A stretch of DNA of 64,000 nucleotides from Oopsacas minuta (taxonomy: Eukaryota > Animalia > Porifera). The position numbers and the translations under genes are program-made. This document shows, piece by piece, positions 13,544 through 27,159 of this stretch. The stretch is taken from positions 62,001 to 126,000 of the forward strand of contig JAKMXF010000315.1 of the NCBI GenBank assembly GCA_024704765.1. Reading direction: 5' to 3'. Below the pieces are notes generated by a model. That model worked only from the letters and a program-made list of their open reading frames with translations. It had not been told where the DNA came from and made no database searches. How positions within the stretch are numbered: the first letter of the stretch is position 1; every line of letters starts with the position of its first letter.

Positions 13544-13791
13544 CTGAGGACGCTTTCAATTGTTAAGAATGTTTTATTAGGATCTCCCAGAAAGGTTTGT
13601 AATTTATTGTGAACACAATAATGAGCACATTGAAATACAGCCCAGTACCATAGTAAAGCGTCACAATTAGAGGCAGTATTTGAAATCAACATTTTTTCAT
13701 ACCGAGTAAGAAGAGAAGAATGTTGAATCAAACAGGATCTAAACATTTTTCCCAACCATTCATCAGAAGATTGTCTGTTAGGTGTAATTCC
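13544..13791 (-). CDS. SMG1: SMG1 exon
   Basis: EWLGKMFRSC...LLWYWAVFQCAHYCVHNKLQTFLGDPNKTFLTIESVLR (cf. [38 protein letters not shown]). Preceded by a 51-bp GT-AG intron; donor GTGATT is phase 2. Confidence 0.92.
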
Positions 13792-13842
13792 CTAATAATA
13801 AATAAATAATAGAAAATTTATCAAAGATAAGAAAGACCCTAC

Positions 13843-14140
13843 CTGAAGAATAAAAGTCATTATAGCCTTAAAATGCTCTGGTAAAAAATTTGTATTATCT
13901 GATTGTAAAACAAATCGGCGACGCATCATCCATGAAAGTTGAGATGAACATGTTAATGTAGTATACTGTGCAGCCAGCAATGATATACAATTCCCAAATG
14001 TAGGGAAATTTTGAGAACAGGATGTCACTACAATGTGTGTAGGAATTATTTCAAGAAGTCCAGAGTATGATGCTCGAATTTCACCAATACTATCACAGAG
14101 ACGGAAAACAAACTCAGGAATAGAACAACGCAAAGTCGAA
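13843..14140 (-). CDS. SMG1: SMG1 exon
   Basis: EIRASYSGLLEIIP...FLPEHFKAIMTFILQ (cf. RIRQAFGKLLKSIP...FHPQDFSDVISFILY). Acceptor ctctAG completes the phase-2 codon GA+T; donor GTAGGG. Confidence 0.88.
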
Positions 14141-14549
14141 CTAGAGGGATTGATAAAAGTAAAATATAAATGACAGGCAAAGGATAGATATAATTCAGGG
14201 TAGAATATGGGTAGCCATAGAGTGATCCGAATTATTTGGAAAGGAATTCTACAACGTGTTGTTCAGGTTCATTTGCATAGTAGAGTTACAAATTGAATAA
14301 AGACGTCACGTTTAAAGCAAATAGAACCCATCGTAGATATGCATAGATTAGTCATAATGTCAGTAACTACAATATAGCATGAATGTCTGGATCTTCCAAT
14401 TTGACTCAGATTAGGAGAGATCTCACATATTTATACCTTGTGTAAATTTTCCAAGCAGACGCGTAAGATTTACTGAGTCACGTGAGTTTGCACTTTCGTC
14501 TATCAATGGTTTTCAAAACCTCTAAAAATTTTCTAAATGATCGCAAGGC

Positions 14550-15036
14550 GGGGGACTGTGGCATCAACATATGTAGAGATATCAATGTGTTCTAACGGTT
14601 ATATGTAGCTAAGATATGTTTACAATGCATGAGAGAGCCCAAATTTTCGATTTCGCACCGCTTGCACAAAGTTAGCCACAATTCCTTCCAACATCTCCTA
14701 AACCAGCAATGGAGTATTTCAGAGACGTTGGAGAAACTTGTGGGCCGAATTATATTCTAGCCGGGGCGAAATCGAAATTGGTCTCTTTCATACCTTGAAA
14801 GCAAACCTTATCTACATACTATCGTTTAGAATACTTTTATACCTCCAGATATCTTGATGCCACGGTTTGCGGCCTCGGGCCAATGCAAGGCCGCTAAATA
14901 CTTTCAAAGTGGCTCAACCAGTATCCAGGACTGTGGCATCACTATATTGAAAGATATTAAAGTTTTCTAAATGGTTATATATTGCCAAGATATATTTACA
15001 TGCTGTGCTGGAGCTCAATTTTTCGATTTCGCACCG
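14550..15036. repeat. three ~110-bp units arranged forward/reverse/forward
   Basis: Unit actgtggcatc...tttcgatttcgcaccg occurs at 14553-14660 (+), 14763-14868 (-) and 14928-15036 (+). Confidence 0.75.
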
Positions 15037-15149
15037 GACAGCCAAGAATTCGACCGACAATTTGCAATTTGAATAATTGTAATGGCCTTGATAATTTTCA
15101 CAATCATGATAGGCGCTAAGCATTTCACTTTGAATAGTTTCTCCATGGT

Positions 15150-15900
15150 TCAGTTAACTTTGACTCCACATAATGTGTCCGGGCACATTATACCTAGGTC
15201 TAATTACCCTTCAAACTCACTGTGGCCAGTCGTGGCCAGGTAATATCAAGTTTTAGGGTGATTTGTCTCAATAATATCTATAAGTTAGAACCAAAGAAGC
15301 TTCCAACAAATGAACACCAAGCATGTTTAATAGAGCGACAGGTAAATTTTCTAGTCTATCAGAATTTAAGCTATTCATAATATACTACTTTATTTACTAA
15401 ATTTCTAGCAACAATTTCGATCTAAATGAACAACCAAGGAGTACTTGATTTTCTTCTCTCTCAACCATCAATCAGAGTCGATTACTTCATCCAGACATTT
15501 GATCTTTCAGATAGCGAATTCTCCTCAATTCAGAGAAGATTCAGTGAATTGAAGTCTGAATGTGATGCTTTCAGTAAGCGCAATGATCAAGCTGTCTAGT
15601 TCTGATAGGTTTTCGCAATGCTGTTAAGTGTAAGGAATGTGTAGGACTCGGACACACCCGCAGGCGAGTTTGCAAATTTGTTTCACCAGACTAACGATCA
15701 GGAGGTAGTATTAAATTCGTAAATATTTGAGTAGCTTCTTACTTTAATTTTCAACTCCATATAAATAGTTTTCTAGTGAGCTCAAAGGCAAGGTATATTG
15801 AACCTTGTGGGGACCCCTGTCTGAGGCTATTCAGGCAACGCAATCTCAATCATGGCGAGCCCAGATAATGGAAACGCGACCCGCAAATCGCTCCATCAAC
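15150..15900 (-). mobile_element. possible highly decayed non-LTR (LINE) RT relic
   Basis: Frameshifted GVPQGSI near 15800-15820 and a KMLGVH-like stretch near 15320. Nothing else is intact. Confidence 0.35.
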
Positions 15901-17539
15901 AACATTCAAGACATCTTATACAGCCTTATAATCCAGCCTTAGATTCTATGCAAAAGTGTTATATCATTGTTACTTAACATGATGAGAATATAATTTTGTG
16001 ATATATGATCTAGATTTTCTATACATAGGTAATAGATATAGTATATTCATCTTTGACTATAATACCTAGTTCCTAAAAATTGCTATTATACCACACTGTG
16101 ATAGCCGTGCAGCAAATGTGGAATATATATAGGTGTGAATCTAAAATCCCGCCCCTTGCAGAGGCCTGTCACATACCGTATTATAACCCTGAGTGAGCCC
16201 CCGAGGTATTTTCCTTCCCGAGAAAATAAGTGCCGGGCGTGTATTCAAAAAAATATAGCATACTCATGGAAATTGTGTTGTAATAGTATCACAAGCCAAA
16301 GAATTGTATTTCCATGTAATCGAGAAGATTCATTCATCTTTTCAGTTATACATAAATGGAAATAAAACATGCCCTATTGTCGTCAAAAGAGTCTACAGTA
16401 ATACCTTGTAACAACCAAGGAATAACGAATCAGGCTAGTGTACTGCTCAACCAAATTAGGAGTATTACATTATATTTATGAGACCATTCTTGTTTCGTCG
16501 GTTGTAAAGAAGGGGTTGTAGGGTTGTAAAGAAGGGTGAACAAAGCAAGCATAGCTAGATCCCTAGAAAGTTGGGTGCAAACCGACCAAAAATTGAACTT
16601 GATCGAACCTGAGCTATCATTCATACTTAGACTATGCATATATCACCTTGTACGATCAACAAATCTCAAGACCTCTAAGATATTTTGTTATACTTAAAAA
16701 TTAACCATTAACCTCGTTTTTGCCGTGATTAGGCAGTATTCCATGGATATGGCCGCGAAATCATAGCACCATAAAATATGAACTGTTAATTAATGAACAT
16801 GCAAACACATATTGATGGTTCAAATACAGTGGGTTCTTTGGACTAGTAATTTGATTTCCAGCACTCATTTAGAATGAAACCTTAATTTCTATTGAGGACC
16901 TCAGAATTTAGTTCAATTTGCTTTAACAGTAGTTCATAACTCATTGAATATATAATTTACATTTGTTCACCCCTAGAGCTTCAACCGCTCCAAATTTTTG
17001 GAGCGGACTTCTAGCCTTAAATAAAGTGGCGCTCAGGCTTTGGCTCCTTACTCAGATAAAATTGCACACTACTGCTCCCTTTCCTGAAAAATTTATGGCA
17101 CGCAAATCGGGCTCGTAGGTATGATTTCCGATTTAGAATATATTCGTATTAGAAGTCATTGGGATTGACTAAAATATTGTACATTTGGGAAATTACAAAA
17201 ATGTGCAAATTAAACCTTTTCAAGAATTGATCATGTATTGTGAATTGAGGAAAGTTTCCCAGGATCAAATTGTTATATGATGAAAACTGAATTATCCAGA
17301 TTACGATGAAATATGTGTATACGTAGTTGGAATTAAATACGCGCGCTGAAGTATGTAGGATTCTCCAAAAATTCAGACCTCTCCACTTTGGGCTATGGTC
17401 CTTGAACAAAATGGAGAGGTTTTCTCTAATTTTCTGTTTATTACACAAACAGCGACACTGATATATCGGGTTGACACTTATCACAAGTATCGATATCAAT
17501 ATTTAGATATCATCGAAATGGTCAAAATATATCACGATA

Positions 17540-18868
17540 CTAGGGCGTTCAATAAGTCTTACGGGTGATATCATAGAATATGATACAAACACTATACACA
17601 CTAATTCACTATATTATTTATTCAAAGTAATCCCCTCCTGCAGATACACAATTTTTAACCTTTCCATCCACTTGTAAAACACATTTTTGTACTCTTCTTC
17701 GGGGATGGATTTGAAGTACAGGTACAGGCCCGTTCCGAGTGCTTGTAATGTATTAAAATCTTTGCCTTGAAGGTAGATTTTAAGCTTGGGGATAACCAAA
17801 AATCACACGGGGGTTAGGTCTGGTCAGTATGGTGGATGGGGAAGTAATTCTAACCCTTCTAAATCCAAGAAATTTTGGTAAGCTTAGCTGTATGGGAACT
17901 GGCGTTATCAATTAAAATCTTCATTCCTCGAGTTCGGGTTTTCGGGCGGTACTTTTTATATTTTTTATCAAATTTGGAAGCACTTGCTCTGTAAAGAAAG
18001 TAGCAGTAACAGCCTTGCCACTTTCACAAGGTAATTACAAGACAATTCAATGACTACTGAAGAAGATGGCATACATAATCTTAAGTTTTCTGTAGTCAGG
18101 CTAGGAATTTTCGCCGGTTGCTCGTCGTCCCTCACCCATGATCGCTTCTTATAATTGCTATATGGTGTTGATGAGTACTCCCACGTCTCGTCACCAGTAA
18201 TAATCTCTGTTAGGTGTCTAGAATCGCAGTTCTCATAAGTTTCCAAGAGGTTCTTGGCAATATTCAGTCGTGCCAACCTTTGATTCTCACTGAGCTCATG
18301 CGGGGCCCATTTCCCACAAATCGATCGGTAGCCAAGCTGAATCGTCAGAATTGTATGAATAGCTCCGATGAAATCTCCATACTTTGCTATAACTGATTGA
18401 CAGTAATGCACTTGTCTCCATGACCATACTTTCAATAAGTGCGATATTCTCTGAAGTGGTGGCGGATACCGGTCTTCCACATCGAGGCAAATCTGTGACA
18501 TCAGCATCACCAGAGCTAAAACGGATAGTCCATCGCTCTACAGTAGATCTGGAAGGGCAATCCACGCACAATATCTCCTGTAACTCGCTGAAGATCTGTA
18601 CGGGCTGGATCTTGAGTATTGTACGAAACTCTATCTAAGCTCACCATTTGAGGTTGAAATAATCATCCTTTGAAGCCATAAATTCAACAGTGGGTATAAA
18701 TTGACTACACGCAACTATCTCAAAAATTCATAATTTGTATTGAATAAGCTTGAAACTTTCGGTATATGGAGTTTAACTATATGGACTTATAATTTATGAA
18801 AGTTAGATATATTACTTGACTAATTCCTAAGATATATCATGACCCGCAAGACTTATTGAACGCCCTGA
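17540..18868 (-). mobile_element. mariner element, defective
   Basis: TIRs AGGGCGTTCAATAAGTCTT with TA flanks. Fragments TVERWTIRFSSG...DLPRCGRP, GKWAPHEL and IITGDETW. Confidence 0.92.
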
Positions 18869-19374
18869 TATTTAACGTGCGAAGTGATCAAACTAATTGA
18901 CTATGTACACTTCAGTTAATAATTTGATTCACTTCTATCCATCAGATATAAATGATATTAGTATCATTCGATTAGGAGAGTTGAACAATTTATACAACGT
19001 GATTTATTTTTAATTTCTTAGATGTTAATGGTCATGTTTGTTCAAATACTTAGGCATACTACTTCCAGAAAATATTCCACCTAAAAGTTAGATTTCGAAC
19101 CGAAAATTTGTGTACACATTTGTGCCATGTGAACTTTAATGCAAAGAAATTTTCAGTAAAATTTTCACAAATCGCGGGTGGGGTTATGCCAATTCAAATT
19201 AGTAGCTAGGAAAGGGACTGGAGTGGGATGAATGTGCTACTAAAAAAGGTATCATCAGTATAAATTCGTATTAATTACTCTTAACCTAACTAAATCTTAA
19301 TTAATTTGACATGAATCGAGCGAGATGCAAACGTTTATAACAAATTCATTATATTCTAAAATACCGAAAATGAA

Positions 19375-22200
19375 GCAAGATAGATCACTCTATCTAAACA
19401 TGCATATGCCGAAAAAGTAAGTCATTCATTAAAACCATTCATCTTTATTCTTTCTAAGTATTCTATATACAGACGAACATGCTTTACGGCCACCTCTGTA
19501 TACCATTTGGCCAGTCCATCAGTGACCGTCCCAGGAAAGTTGCGTGCATAAATTTACATATCCTTGTTTAGTGCCTAGAACAAGTGAGTTTTATCCTCAC
19601 TAATCTTTCTAGATCTATGAGAGCAATGCTTTTTATCTTCTAGTATTGTGAAATATGTAAGTAAGATTGTAGCTGAGTGTTCAATATCAGTTTCTCTTTT
19701 GGTAATCTAGATTTACTTACGCTTGAATTCGAGTCACGAAACGATATTTTTCGTAATGTGTCGGAATCATCTGCCTCTGATTTAATCATGTATTACGATT
19801 TGAAGGAGATTCATTAATTGTATTGATAGTGAAAACTCTGAAGAAAATAACATATATTTCTTCATACATCAGAAACTCAGTTAAGGGTAGATCGGGTAAA
19901 ATTCTATTGGTTATCTAATGCTAGAGAATATATCTGGAATTTTCAATTGACTGATGCATGTTTTATTGATGAGTCTTTTCATTTCAATAATGCCATCACA
20001 GCTGCTTATAGCAATAGCTTTGTTAAGTGTAGTCCATCGTTAGTTTTTGTCCTGATAAAAACTTTGTTCATATTCAATGTTAGTTAAAGAACCAATTCCC
20101 CTCCCCCATGTTCACAATCCTAGGTACAGGGTGTCACATAAATACTGTTACTCATTGACTTCACTCTAAATACCATAATATTGTTGCTAATGTTTTGGAA
20201 TTATCATTATGCGCTGTTTGATAAATACTATAAACATAAATAATCTATCTTTCTAATATATCGCCCTTTGCACTGAGACAGTTCCTAAGACATCTGATAA
20301 ACGAGTCTATGCTAGCACGAAGGTGATCCTCAGGAATTTTTTCCCATTCCCGAGTCAAGGTTCCCTTCAACTCTTCGATACTCTGGTATTTCTTCAAGTC
20401 AACCTTATCTTCCAATATTGTCCAGATTGATAAGTCAAGAAGATTAAGATCTGGTGAACGTGGGGGCCATTCTTCGGATGAAATAAACCCCGGAAAATTG
20501 GCTCTGCAGCAAGCGTTTGTGTCTTTAGCTTTATGGGCAGGAGCAGAATCCTGTTGGAAGGTCCATTGTCTATTACCAAAGTGATTTTTGGCCCATGGCT
20601 TCACTACAGTTTCGAGAATTGTGTTACGATTAATTATCTGATTAATTTTTACCCCATGGGGAAAAATCAGTGGTGTCCAACCATTTGAAGTCATCCCCAC
20701 CCAAACCATCATAGAAGCTGGCTTTTGAGTCCTAGATACTCGAAAACGGGCCCGAGGTAGTCTATTGTTATACTATGAAATATTCTCATCACTGAAGAGA
20801 ATTTGTTTGTGAAGTCAATCAGTGAAACGGGATATCATGGCTTTGCATCTTTTCAGCCCTTTTTGTTTGTTTAGCTGAGTGAGGAACTGACGTTTGCGTA
20901 ACTTGTATGCCTCATCCCTGGATCATTACGAACTAGCCTAGTCATCGATTTCATCCTCGTATTCATTTCCTTAGCCATCTTCCTGATGCTCCTGGCTGGT
21001 TTTCGACGGATTCTCTGTGAAACATTTTGGTTATGGAAAATGTCTTTACAGTTCGAGGTCTGCCATGTCGAAGTCTGTCAGCAATGCTCACTGTATCATT
21101 GTAACGGGACAGATTGCGAGATACGAACATTTTGTTCCTTTTGAGCAATCTAACAATTTGGTTCTTGGTGTTCCCTGCTTCAAAAAGTTGGATAACAGCT
21201 GATTATTTTGACTTGAATGGCAAACAGTAGGCAAAATACAAAAATATCTAAAGTAGAAATGGAATTGTGTTTAGAATAATTATTGAAGCATGTTGGAGTA
21301 AGATAGAATCAAACGAGTACTAGTAACATTCATAAAAAGAGACTATGGTAGATAAATATATTGGTAACTCTATTTATGGGTCGCCCTGCATTATGTAGAA
21401 AGTGAACAAATTGTTGTTACATTGTTAGAGGTCAGCTCTGGAGTTGAAAAATGTGAATCTGGAGATCTCTAGGTTCACGACTCTATTGAAGTTACCCACC
21501 CAAAATTCAGAATTAGATTCTGAAATTCTCTATGCCTACTTTGGTCATATCGATGTACATGTAAAGACAATTTCATAAATACTATCAACAACTTGCGGAG
21601 TTATGGCAATTCAAATTTTTGCCGACACAATAAGAAACATATCGTCTCATAGCTCGAATTCAAGTGTAATCCATCAATGAATCGAAAATTCCAGATATAA
21701 TTCTAACATCAGGTAACCAATGAAACTTTGCGCGATCTATCCATAACTGAACTTCAGATGTTATGACTCATTCAAATCGTAATACATGGTTAAATCAGAG
21801 GCAGATGATGCCTACACATTAAGAAACACATCGTCTCGTAACTCTAATTTAAGTGTAGGTAAATCTAGATTACCAAATGAGAAACTGATATTGAACACTC
21901 AGCTACAATCTTACTTACATATTTCACAATACTAGAAGTTAAAAGCATTGCTCTCATAGATCTAGAAAGATTAGTGAGGATAAAACTCACTTGTTCTAGA
22001 CACTAAACAAAGATATGTAAATTTATACACGTAACTTGCCTGGGACGGTCACATGGGGACTGACCAAATGGATTACAGAGGTGGCCATAAAGCATGTTCC
22101 ACTGCATATAGAATACATATAAAGAATAAAGAGGAATCGTTTAAATGAATTACTAACTTTGTTTGGAAAATGCATCTTTAGATGGAGTGATCGATCCTGC
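19375..22200. mobile_element. long-arm foldback element with nested maT
   Basis: Arms 19375-19808 and 21767-22200 are reverse complements, including near-identical gtgagttttatcctcactaatctttctagatctatgagagcaatgctttt. Confidence 0.8.
20127..21388 (-). mobile_element. Tc1/mariner superfamily, maT (DD37D) element
   Basis: TIR CAGGG.G.C.CATAAAT. FQQDSAPAH...WPPRSPDLNLLD has 37 residues between the 2nd and 3rd Asp. 5' half is degenerate. Confidence 0.9.
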
Positions 22201-23435
22201 GTTGACTTCGATACCACAATGTACCAATGATGAGGAGTAGTGAGATAACAAGGGCGATTATGGTTAAAAAGAGTAATAATATAGAAATGGGGGATTCCGA
22301 TGAGGTTTGAGAATAATTGGAGGCGCATTTACGCAGATAGTTCAATCCAATGCGAACACGCCACTATTCAATAGTATCATGATTAGCAAATAGAAAAAAT
22401 ACCAAGTAGTAGGCAAATAATGAAAAGCAAGAAAATTAAATTTCAGAGCAAATGCAAAAGCAAACTAGTTAATGAGGAAGTGTGCTACAGGTAGTATCAA
22501 AGAAGTTTGTATTCGTGGAGGGGAGTAGAAATAAATGTTCGAAAATGTTCAACTCTACTATCGAATGATAATAATTTCATTTAAATCTGATTGGTAGAAG
22601 CAAGTCAAATTAGTGACTGAAGTGAAGCTAGTCAAAAAGATAATTTCAGAGTCGTGATATTTAACGATATCTAACACTCTATTGAAGTTCTACGTTTCAT
22701 AAGTACCTTGTGGGGGGGGGGTCGACTGGTTGCGCAGTTTTGGCTGGGGCCAAGGCCCCAGTCGATCCCTAGTTCCTCAAGTGCAAACTAAGAGCTGTTG
22801 GAATTGGCTCAATCAAATTACTTCAACCACCTACTGACGTAGTTTTTCCTAATCAACAAGTCGAAGAAACTGATGATGGTAGCGAAGATTTGATAAAAGC
22901 AAGATTTGGCTAGATTCTAGAGATACGAATATATTTTAGATTTAGTATCTCGCATTTAAATATCTTTGTTCCAAACCTATGATGTTTACATTAGAAATAA
23001 CTCTTAGCGTAAGTTTCATTAAACACACTTGTTGGCCAAGGGCCGGGTTTTCAACTTTTTGCCGGAGCCGGGGCCGGGAAAAAGTAATGATTTTCGCCCG
23101 AGAATGGGGCCCCGACCGATCCTTAAAAGTGCCACCATTTTGTCCGAATAAATATATCATAAATATATAGAAATATTTCATCAACCACAAATGCAAAATC
23201 TTTGTTGGAATGCATTAAATTTTGTGCTTAGTAAGTATTATTGGGTCTAAATGTGTCCATCTTTCAAACAACTTAGAAGGATAAATACAACAATTAAGAC
23301 CCCAGAATCCATACTCAATGGTCTAAAGATATTTTATATAAATAAATAAATTTCACATGATAAAGATATAAAATATTGAGGTACCATGAATGGCATATTT
23401 AATACTAATTCATTGTGAGGTGCATGCATTTGTCA

Positions 23436-24112
23436 GAAGTTTCCAGATTGTATTTGTCATTCTACTTGAAACTGCCACTTGTCCGAATCGATATTTAGTC
23501 AACTATCACTTGTCCAGATCGAATATGGGTCAACTATCAATTGTTCGAATCGATATTTGGATCAACTGTCACTGTCCGAAAGAATATCAATATAGCCACA
23601 AGAAGAGCTTGGACAACCTGTCCCGTATGCCGCTATGTCAAAGTTTCTAGGTTCCAGAGATTCAAAGATAAAATTAATCAGGTTCTCGAATTCAGTTATC
23701 AGATATTCAGAGATAGATTAAATCTATAATAGTCTATAATTCAGATATTCAAAAATGAATTTAGAAAATTGAGATATCCCATAAAATAAAAATATTTAGA
23801 ATATCAATTTTCTGATCATACTATAATCAATGAAATATACATTAGGAGATGCAGCATGCAACTACTAGGCCTTTGTAATAATGCCTAGAACTATCTGAAA
23901 AATTGAAAGGTATATTCCAACGATTAACAACACGAAATATCGATTTGGACAAGTGACAGTTGACCCGGATATCATTCGGACAAGTGAGAGTTGACCCAAA
24001 TATCTACCCGGACAAGTGACAGGTGACAAAATACGGATTCGGACAAGTAATAGTTGACTGAATATCGATTTGGGCAAGCGACAAGCCACCAGTATTCTGA
24101 CAAATGGAACTT
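23436..24112. mobile_element. non-autonomous element with inverted arrays of ~31-bp units
   Basis: cacttgtccgaatcgatattt-type units at 23478-23580, with their complements ggacaagtgacagttgac at 23935-24080. Confidence 0.7.
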
Positions 24113-25823
24113 CTCCTCAATCATACCTCAAAAAGTATAAATATTTTGGCCAAATAAGTGTGTCAAATACCTAGTATATACCCGACTTGCCATACCATAC
24201 AAATACATTTTGATATGATATCTCTACTCACTATTACTTAATCTATGTTGTACTATTATATGGTCATATTCAAATTAGGTCATAGTGAATAGGGATGTCA
24301 CATCAAAATGAAATAAAATGGTATGGGAAGTAGGGAATATACTAGGTATTGAACTAACTAAATTAGCGGCAACATTCAATCTATTAGTGCTACAATGAAT
24401 TATAAATACATAGTACTTCCATTAATTGTACTTCATGAATTTGCAAACTTTATAATGCATTTAAAGAATTAGTATAAAATATCATTAGATCATTGAGTCT
24501 GGATTCTGAAATCGTAATTATTTATCGTAGGATAGTTTTTCAAAGATTAACACATTTACACCCATTTATATTGACTAAACCCAACTTTCATACATTTATT
24601 CTGAAAAAAAGGTGGAACCTTAAAATATAGAACTTCAAATATAGTCGAATGTGTAGGTGTTCATTTGGGAGGGACCTCTCCAAAATATCCAATTGTGATA
24701 AAATGTCTGGGGTTCTCAAATTTAGGGGGTGGCCTAATTTGAAATTTATATGATCTTATAGGGCCCCACGTTGCCAGGGGCCCCTTATTTGTTTCCCCAC
24801 GGTCACCAACGGGACTGGTATGGTAGTAATTTGAAGTATTGGCCGTTATATAGTAAATTGTAAATACTGGAAACAGTTAAGGTAGACTTTATGAATGGAA
24901 CTGCTATATAAATTGGCCTTTGAGCAGGTGGCCGTGAAGCAGATTTGACTATAAATCGAGTATCTTTCTTATCAGATTCGAAGAGTGTTGGGTGGAAAAT
25001 CTAGAAAAATACAAATAAATCGTGAAGCCACATAGTAAGCGTCGCTTACATAATGTAGTCGATCGTAGAATTAATTATGCAACTATATATTTGTTATTCA
25101 CACTTGAAATTTATTATTATCACTTAAGTTAGTTGTGGGAAACCTCAAATGTGTATGCTTACTCCACAATTTCTGTCATTGCACGCCCTTAAATAATGTA
25201 TTATATATAAATTTATATTTGAAAACATGATACTATTGACGAACTGATTCTTATGGATGATGGTGAATAGGATTGTTCTACAGAAACATCTCTAAATCTA
25301 GATGATGATGAAAAGGTGATTAAGGATGATCTGTCAATGAAACTGATAAAACTCTGCCTACTATTTCTGGAATTTCGTTCTCTCCTCATGATTGGAGAGG
25401 TTTAGCTCGATAGGAAAACAAGATTATCAATAATCAAATGTATATCTTTCACGTTTCGCATTTGAGATGAAGCAATGTCGTAAGGCAAATGATCCAATAC
25501 CAGATTTGATCCGACTTTCAATCTACAATCTTAAGCCGATAACTAAAGAAAAGCCGAAGATTTTCAGAAAATTTATTCAGAAGCGACTTTCAGAATATCT
25601 CATTTAAGGTATGTTCAAAACCACCACATTTTAACTTAGGTAAGGCGTGCTCCTTGAAAAATGAAAATTATTCAGTACTAACCGAATGTACTTATAAGCT
25701 AGCCACGTTCCCAGGATGTTTCATATGGAGGAACAATACCAGGGGTATTACCCCCAACCCCCTGTGGTAGGGCCCTGTCTTAAGCCGATTGTAAATTTAC
25801 CTAATTCTACTGTCTATATTATA

Positions 25824-27159
25824 CAGGGGCAATCAATATATACTAATCACTGTATATTTTTAATGAAATAGCAGTTCTAAGCTAGTATTTCTCAGTGCAA
25901 TTATATAGAACCATATTTCAACTTTCTAACAAAACTTAGAGAGAGTTGATCACTTAGTTATTTCCTAAGTTTCAGTTATTTTTAGAAACCTACATTTTCT
26001 CCTTTACATTTTTCATGGCTTCTTGTCCAAATTTTTCGGAACTTGAACAACGAACGTACATCAAATTTCGCACCATTCTCGAAATTCCTCCAAAGTCTAT
26101 TCATGACGAGTTGGCAACGATATGTGGAGAAGATACTTTATCGTATTCAACTGTCAGAAGGTGGGTGAGCCTATTTAGGGAAGGTAGGACCTCTGTCAAA
26201 GACGCCCCTCGTCCTGGAGCACCAAAACTGGCGACCAACAATGACAAATTGAGTGAAGTAAAGGAATATGTCGAGTCTTTTCCGCATTCTTCGGTTGAGG
26301 AGGTAGCTAACTATGTTGGCATTTCAACGGGAAGTGCACACAACAATTCTGAAGGCGGATTTAGAACTGAGGAAGGTTCAAGTGCGATGGGTACCACATT
26401 GCTTAACTTTTCCACAAAAGGCCGCGAGACTCCAAATGGCTAAGGAAAACCTTGAAATTTATGAAGGAAGTGACCCTAGGCGGTTATTAGAGATAGTAAC
26501 AGGAGATGAAACATGGATACAATTCAAACCACCGATCAGAAAGCAAGATGGCAGGGTATGGCTAAAGAAGGGAGAGGTACCCCCAGCTGTTTGTGTATCC
26601 GACTTCCGTGCCCCGAAGGTCTTGTACTGCATATTTTTCGATGGCCTAGGTCCTGTAGCCCAAATCCCTGTTCCCAAAGGTCAGACACTCACAGGACAAT
26701 TTTACGCAGATGTGGTGTTGCCTGAGGTCGAAAAAGATTATCTTAAGCGTCGTCCAAAGACTGGAACTCGTGGTCTCAAAATTTTGCACGATAATGCTAG
26801 ACGCATAAATCTTTGGCTGTAAGGCAAAAAATTAAAGATATGGGTATGCACGAAGTTCCACATCCACCTTACTCTCCTGATATAGCCCCATGTGACTTCT
26901 GGCTGTTTAGAAAACTCAAAGATAACCTCTCCGGACGCGAATTTGAGGATCAGCTTAGCCTCGGTCGGGCAATTTACAGATACCTTGAAGTCATTCCCAA
27001 GGATGAGTACAGAAAGACATCTGAAAATTGGATTAAAAGGTTAAATTCAGTTGTAGCGTATAAAGGAGACTACTTTGAACATTCATAGCAAAAATTACCA
27101 ACTTTACACAAGTATCTATAGTTTTAGATGGTATGATTAGTATTTATTGAATGCCCCTG
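25824..27159 (+). mobile_element. mariner (D,D34D, SETMAR-like) element, near-intact
   Basis: TA|CAGGGGCA.TCAATA.ATACTAATC TIRs. Transposase at 26015-27088 with WVPHCL, IVTGDETW, LHDNA and HPPYSPDIAPCD; two 1-bp frameshifts. Confidence 0.95.

Noticed and set aside
23478-24080. Repeat arrays as CRISPR
   Set aside because: The units are degenerate, lack unique spacers and are inverted at the two ends. The context is eukaryotic with no cas genes.
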